From assembly GCF_000145295.1 (NCBI RefSeq), contig NC_014408.1:510001-542000 (forward strand): 32,000 nucleotides of DNA, written 5' to 3'. The DNA is from Methanothermobacter marburgensis str. Marburg (lineage in GTDB: Archaea; Methanobacteriota; Methanobacteria; Methanobacteriales; Methanothermobacteraceae). Positions 27,566 through 32,000 of this stretch are shown here, one piece after another; within the stretch, counting starts at the first letter, position 1; every line of letters begins with the position of its first letter. The notes beneath the pieces were generated by a model. That model worked only from the letters and a program-made list of their open reading frames with translations, searched no databases and had not been told where the DNA came from. The position numbers and the translations under genes are program-made.

Positions 27566-27767
27566 TATCAACTGTGCGCGGATTTCTTCCCATCTCAAGA
27601 ACAAACTTATTTACCCTCTCGATCATGTCGATGTAGTGTTCTTTGTGGATTTTCTTCCCATCGACGAGGGCATATTCCGGTAAAGACCCGTACAGATTCT
27701 TGAATTCAATTATCTCATTAACCATTTCCCTATACTGCTCAAGGGTCAAACGTTCCATGGATACCAA
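27555..27767 (-). CDS. Stand-alone 70-aa protein made of two pseudomurein-binding-repeat-like units, with no signal peptide
   Basis: LTLEQYREMVNEIIEFKNLYGSLPEYALVDGKKI and HKEHYIDMIERVNKFVLEMGRNPRTVDI both fit the PMBR pattern. Its 3' end overlaps the mobA 3' end by 11 bp (convergent). Confidence 0.6.
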   Translation of the reverse strand: MVSMERLTLEQYREMVNEIIEFKNLYGSLPEYALVDGKKIHKEHYIDMIERVNKFVLEMGRNPRTVDIRS

Positions 27768-27936
27768 CCATTGGAGTTTTTTTATAATCTCTCCGTCATA
27801 ATATATAAGTTATACGATTTTATTTTCAAAACAAGGCATTATTAAAAATTTAAATTAAAATATGAATGAATATGTCTCCTTATATTCCTCTTTATGGGGC
27901 CTCCTTTAGGTAAAATTCTCCAGTGTACTGAAATCA

Positions 27937-28695
27937 TCACTCAAGAATTTCCACCCTCGCGTCCCTGTTGAAGGGGTTCTTCCTCACGGCAAGTGAGAAG
28001 AGGTAGGGGTAGTTTTCACTGAGGTGTTCCATGTATCCCAGCCACTCAGAAACAACGGCAGAGTAGGCCCTCTGGAGGTCACCGGCCAGGTGATCATAGT
28101 CTGTGGGAGGTAGAGATGAGAGGTCCTCTCTTGCCTCAAGTTCCTCCATGAGATGAAAGACCGCCCAGAGCATGTCTGTGAAGCTTTCATGCTCAAGTAG
28201 ATTGGGGTTTTCAAGAAGCCCCAGTAGAAACTTCCTACGGGACGTTAGGAAAACTTTGAGGTACTTGAGGAGTTCAACACTTTCAGGGGACCCCAGCTCA
28301 AAATCAAATTCGCATCCCCTTATCTCACTGAGCATTCCCTTAAAGTCATCTGGGCTCCATGATGCATCTATCTTAAGTTTTGATGCAATTCTATCTGTAT
28401 TTGACTCGAAGGTGGATACCCTCTTAAGGAATTCGGTGCCCACCTCACTGAAGAACGCCCCCACGACCATGTTGAGTTTTTCGAGTCTCTCAACAAGTTC
28501 ACGCCGGGATATGGCGGCCTCCACGATTATAACCACTATAAGAATTTCCAGGGGCACAAATGCAAGGTCTATACCGATATAGAATAGTTCAGTCTCTGGC
28601 TTATGGAATATGAAGTATAGGAGAAGGTAGATGGAGGCTGATACAAGTACAAGCAGAATCCCCACCCTGAATTTCCAGTTTAGCCTTGAGTTCAT
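27937..28695 (-). CDS. Hypothetical membrane-anchored protein (2 N-terminal TM helices plus a helical cytoplasmic domain)
   Basis: 252-aa ORF with coherent amino-acid composition. The antisense ORFs here are Ser/Leu-rich shadows. No family recognised. Confidence 0.7.
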   Translation of the reverse strand: MNSRLNWKFRVGILLVLVSASIYLLLYFIFHKPETELFYIGIDLAFVPLEILIVVIIVEAAISRRELVERLEKLNMVVGAFFSEVGTEFLKRVSTFESNTDRIASKLKIDASWSPDDFKGMLSEIRGCEFDFELGSPESVELLKYLKVFLTSRRKFLLGLLENPNLLEHESFTDMLWAVFHLMEELEAREDLSSLPPTDYDHLAGDLQRAYSAVVSEWLGYMEHLSENYPYLFSLAVRKNPFNRDARVEILE

Positions 28696-28712
28696 ATCAT
28701 CACCTGAGAATC

Positions 28713-29279
28713 TTAATCTGAATTATCCGTGTAAACAACTGCGATGGGATTCTTTGAAACCATCATGGTCCCCCTTTCAAGTACACGGCCCCTTGTTATG
28801 CTCAGTTCGGTTATGTTCACGTCGAATCCAAGCTCCTTCAGGTACTTAACGGCCTCGCACCTTGTCTCAAGGAGTATTGCGGTTATAAGGATCCTTCCAC
28901 CATCTGTAAGCTTATCTGTAACCATTTCAAGTATTTCCCCAAGTCTACCGCCACTTCCCCCGATTACAGCAATGTCCAGCGCATCAATTTCAGAGAGAGC
29001 TTCCACCGCATCACTACATATAAGGGTGACGTTATCCCCCAGCCCATGCTTTTTAAGGTTCATCTCCGTTGTTGAAATTGCATCGGGGCTTTTGTCGATT
29101 GCATAGACCCTTCCAGCCCTCCTTGAAAGTTCAAGGGTCACTCCACCGGTTCCACACCCCACATCAACTGCGGTGTCCCCTTTCCCGGGATCTGCAAGGC
29201 ACATAAGTAGGCACCTAACCTCCATGGCTGTTGGTCCCGGTACAGAGGGATTCTTTATGAATTCATGGTCAGGTATCAA
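28713..29279 (-). CDS. cbiT: Cobalt-precorrin-6B C15-methyltransferase (decarboxylating), CbiT
   Basis: VPGPTAMEVRCLLMCLADPGKGDTAVDVGCGTGGVTLELS (SAM-binding GxGxG). The size and sequence match my memory of the M. thermautotrophicus CbiT structure protein. TTG start after GGTGGTG. Confidence 0.9.
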   Translation of the reverse strand: MIPDHEFIKNPSVPGPTAMEVRCLLMCLADPGKGDTAVDVGCGTGGVTLELSRRAGRVYAIDKSPDAISTTEMNLKKHGLGDNVTLICSDAVEALSEIDALDIAVIGGSGGRLGEILEMVTDKLTDGGRILITAILLETRCEAVKYLKELGFDVNITELSITRGRVLERGTMMVSKNPIAVVYTDNSD

Positions 29280-29300
29280 CTCACACCACCGTTACACTCA

Positions 29301-29389
29301 CTTTAAGGCCTTTTTATATCCTCACTTTTCTGTGAATAAGTGCATTGTGAACATGAAGTACCGGCTTTAAGGCCTTTCCATGTCCTCAC
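29301..29389. repeat. Imperfect duplication (period 64 bp) of the ubiX 3' end plus stop
   Basis: CTTTAAGGCCTTTTTATATCCTCAC (29301-29325) versus CTTTAAGGCCTTTCCATGTCCTCAC (29365-29389), 22/25 identical. The genuine copy encodes GEDMERP*, and the downstream relic would read SEDIKRP*. Confidence 0.8.
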
Positions 29390-29945
29390 CGCTCCACCTT
29401 CTGAAGAGTTCATTCTCTATCCCCAGGACGTCGAGCACCTTACCAGCTATGAAGTCGGCGATTTCCTCTATTGATGATGGTCTGTGGTAGAATCCGGGCA
29501 TGGCAGGGAGTATTATACCCCCCTCCCTTGAAACCCTCAGCATGTTCTCAAGGTGCACGCTTCTAAGAGGTGTTTCCCTTGGCACAAGGACGAGTTTACG
29601 CCTCTCCTTGAGACACACGTCAGCGGCCCTTGTGAGTGCATTGCCTGCATATCCGTTGGCTATCGCTGATAGGGTCTTCATTGTGCACGGCGCTATGACC
29701 ATGGCACTGAAACTGGAGGAGCCACTGTTAACTGCTGATGTGAAGTCATCAGAATCAAAGCACTCATCAGCCATCTCCTCCAGGGTTTCAGGGTCTCTTC
29801 CAAGTTCGTATCTGATTATATCACGTGCAGTATCGGTTATCATGAGTCCAACATTTTCCCCAGCGTCCTTCAGGGCCCTGAGTATTCTATCCCCGTAGAT
29901 AACGCCACTTGCACCTGTCATTGCCAGTATTATCATCTGAATCAC
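29367..29945 (-). CDS. ubiX: Flavin prenyltransferase UbiX
   Basis: ILAMTGASGVIYGDRILRAL, MVIAPCTMKTLSAIANG, LVLVPRETPL. Confidence 0.92.
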   Translation of the reverse strand: MIQMIILAMTGASGVIYGDRILRALKDAGENVGLMITDTARDIIRYELGRDPETLEEMADECFDSDDFTSAVNSGSSSFSAMVIAPCTMKTLSAIANGYAGNALTRAADVCLKERRKLVLVPRETPLRSVHLENMLRVSREGGIILPAMPGFYHRPSSIEEIADFIAGKVLDVLGIENELFRRWSGEDMERP

Positions 29946-30047
29946 TTCTGAGTGTTTTATGGATGATCATTTCTTTTTTGATGAGAATTTATCTGATTGA
30001 GGTACTTGGAGGGTTTTATTTTGTTATCCGCCATGATAGGGTGTTAT

Positions 30048-31268
30048 TTATCGGAATTTAAGGTAATCAGGTACCGTGAGGCGGAGCTGCCTGGGGTGTG
30101 ATGGTCTTCTCTCAGGGAGATCCATGTAGTCGTGGAGGCTGAATTCCCTGAATGCCGCAGCGGATTCACGTGGCACGTAGACACAGATATCTGCATGGTT
30201 GAACCTTGCCTCCTTCAGCGCCCCCACCAGACTTGATATATGGCTCAGGTTCACGATGGAGTCCCCCACAGAAACCTGGGTCCTCATCTCATCAAATGCA
30301 GGGTACTCGGGAAGGTTAACCACAACATAATCAGGGTCCAGGTCCATATCCTCTGCAATTTCCCTCTCGGCCTTTCTTATCTCAGCATCTGTGATCCTGA
30401 ATACCCTGTGGGGGTCCTCTAGTTCATTGAGTTTCACAGAGTCCACGGTCTTGAGGAGGTCACGGTTATCCAGTCTCCGTATCATATCCCCTGCAAGTCC
30501 ATCCTGATTTCTGCACATTACGATGAGGTCCATGTCGTCATACCGGTATATCCTGGACTCATCAAGCACCCCCTCAGATATGAGGCTCCTGAGGCACCTC
30601 CTGAACATGGAGTTCACGATCCTCGTGGTGTGGTGCTGGTAGACGCTGGGATACATGAAGTACCTTGCAAGCAGGGCAGACTCTGCGGCCTGAACACCCT
30701 TCCTGTCAAGGACAAGGTCGTTCTCCATCTTCATATTGTATATCAGCCTTTCAACGTCTATTATACCGTAGGCCACCCCTGTGTAGTGGGAGTCCCGCAG
30801 CAGGTAATCCATCCTGTCAACGTCAAGCTCCCCGTTGATTGCCTGTCCAAGGACACCCTCACCCCTCAGTATCCTCATAACCTGTTCAAGGTCGAACTCC
30901 TCTGATATTATCTCACCGAGCACAGATTCCCTTATGAGTTCCCTTGTGAGGCTCTCATGGGACCTTTCAAGAACACCCTCTGATACATGGGAGAATGGAC
31001 CGTGACCCACATCATGGAGGAGGGCGCAGAGCCTCAGTATACTCTTCTTTTCAGGTCCAAGGTTGAGGTGCTCTGCCAGCCTGGATGCCAGGTACATGGC
31101 ACCTATGGAGTGTTCAAACCTTGAATGGTTTGCCCCGGGGTATATCAGATTTGTGAATCCCAGCTGCTTTATCCTCCTGAGTCGCTGAAACTGGGGTGTG
31201 TCAACAACCCTCACCTCAAATTCGGTGAGTTTCAGGTTACCGTGGACGCTGTCCCTTATGAATTTCAT
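30048..31268 (-). CDS. HD-domain phosphohydrolase (dNTP triphosphohydrolase-like)
   Basis: RFEHSIGAMYLA ... LLHDVGHGPFSH ... DVDRMDYLLRDSHYTGV is the classic HD superfamily metal-binding set. Confidence 0.9.
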   Translation of the reverse strand: MKFIRDSVHGNLKLTEFEVRVVDTPQFQRLRRIKQLGFTNLIYPGANHSRFEHSIGAMYLASRLAEHLNLGPEKKSILRLCALLHDVGHGPFSHVSEGVLERSHESLTRELIRESVLGEIISEEFDLEQVMRILRGEGVLGQAINGELDVDRMDYLLRDSHYTGVAYGIIDVERLIYNMKMENDLVLDRKGVQAAESALLARYFMYPSVYQHHTTRIVNSMFRRCLRSLISEGVLDESRIYRYDDMDLIVMCRNQDGLAGDMIRRLDNRDLLKTVDSVKLNELEDPHRVFRITDAEIRKAEREIAEDMDLDPDYVVVNLPEYPAFDEMRTQVSVGDSIVNLSHISSLVGALKEARFNHADICVYVPRESAAAFREFSLHDYMDLPERRPSHPRQLRLTVPDYLKFR

Positions 31269-31278
31269 TTTAAGACTC

Positions 31279-31719
31279 CTAGCCGCCTGACATGATAACG
31301 TTCCTGCCGCTGGTGGTGTACTCCTCCTTTTTGAAGTCTATTTCATATTTTGTCCTCTCGATTATCTCTTTGAGGGCCTCAAGGGTTTCCCCGCGGTGGG
31401 GTCCTGCAACCGCCACCATGAAAAGGGTCTCTGATACGTAGAACTCCCCAACGTAGTGCACAACTGCCACGTCCCTCACAGGGTACTTCTCCATCACATC
31501 CTCCACTATCCCCTCCAGTTCCCTCTGGGCCTTTTCAATGTCAGGTGTTGTAAGTACAAGTTTCTCTGTCCTCTCATCATCAACACCACGGACGATACCC
31601 TCAAAGGTGAACACTGCTCCGCATTCATCAAGGTAGGGGCTCTTCTTCACATGTTCAAGGAGGTCATCCATTCTGAAGGCCTCCTTTTCATCTGTCACCA
31701 TGACCATCATTTCTGACAC
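31279..31719 (-). CDS. MoaE-like (molybdopterin synthase large subunit family) protein ending in Gly-Gly
   Basis: CGAVFTFEGIVRG, VVHYVGEF.., VAVAGPHRGE.., and IDFKKEE follow the MoaE pattern. The GTG start directly follows the nadM stop (an internal ATG at 31710 is also possible). The C-terminus is ...NVIMSGG*. Confidence 0.8.
   Translation of the reverse strand: MSEMMVMVTDEKEAFRMDDLLEHVKKSPYLDECGAVFTFEGIVRGVDDERTEKLVLTTPDIEKAQRELEGIVEDVMEKYPVRDVAVVHYVGEFYVSETLFMVAVAGPHRGETLEALKEIIERTKYEIDFKKEEYTTSGRNVIMSGG

Positions 31720-32000
<281 letters not shown>

Overview
This is a densely coding archaeal (methanogen) chromosomal window with about 46 protein genes on both strands. I found no rRNA, tRNA, CRISPR array or IS element by eye. 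The gene order runs deoxyhypusine synthase, membrane protein, pyrF, cbiMNQO, archaeal riboflavin synthase, iron-sulfur flavoprotein, GT2/DUF2304/GT4, HdrB/LutA-like plus LutB-like, mfnB, guaB, mobA, then cbiT, ubiX, HD hydrolase, MoaE-like and NMN adenylyltransferase. This matches my memory of Methanothermobacter thermautotrophicus MTH127-MTH150. The PyrF sequence differs from what I recall for strain Delta H, so this is probably a related Methanothermobacter; that is recall, not a database search. Most of the window is housekeeping. Five things deserve a second look. (1) A tight minus-strand operon at 3451-5384 has two 50-codon Cys-knuckle sORFs that are absent from the supplied ORF track. 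They precede a radical SAM/SPASM enzyme and a small membrane protein, and the operon is divergent from a SOUL-type tetrapyrrole-binding protein plus a SagB-type dehydrogenase. (2) A CarH-like cobalamin-binding protein (Wx9EH plus ExHxxG-41-SxT-26-GG) is co-oriented with, and 39 nt upstream of, a HisKA_2 histidine kinase. (3) That kinase is split by a -1 frame change exactly at an A_AAA_AAG heptamer. (4) Several gene 3' ends and promoter boxes show imperfect local duplications with 53-66 bp periods. (5) The window holds several small zinc-ribbon proteins, two of which look like paralogues. All calls come from reading and hand-translating the sequence. No HMM, BLAST or folding computation was run.
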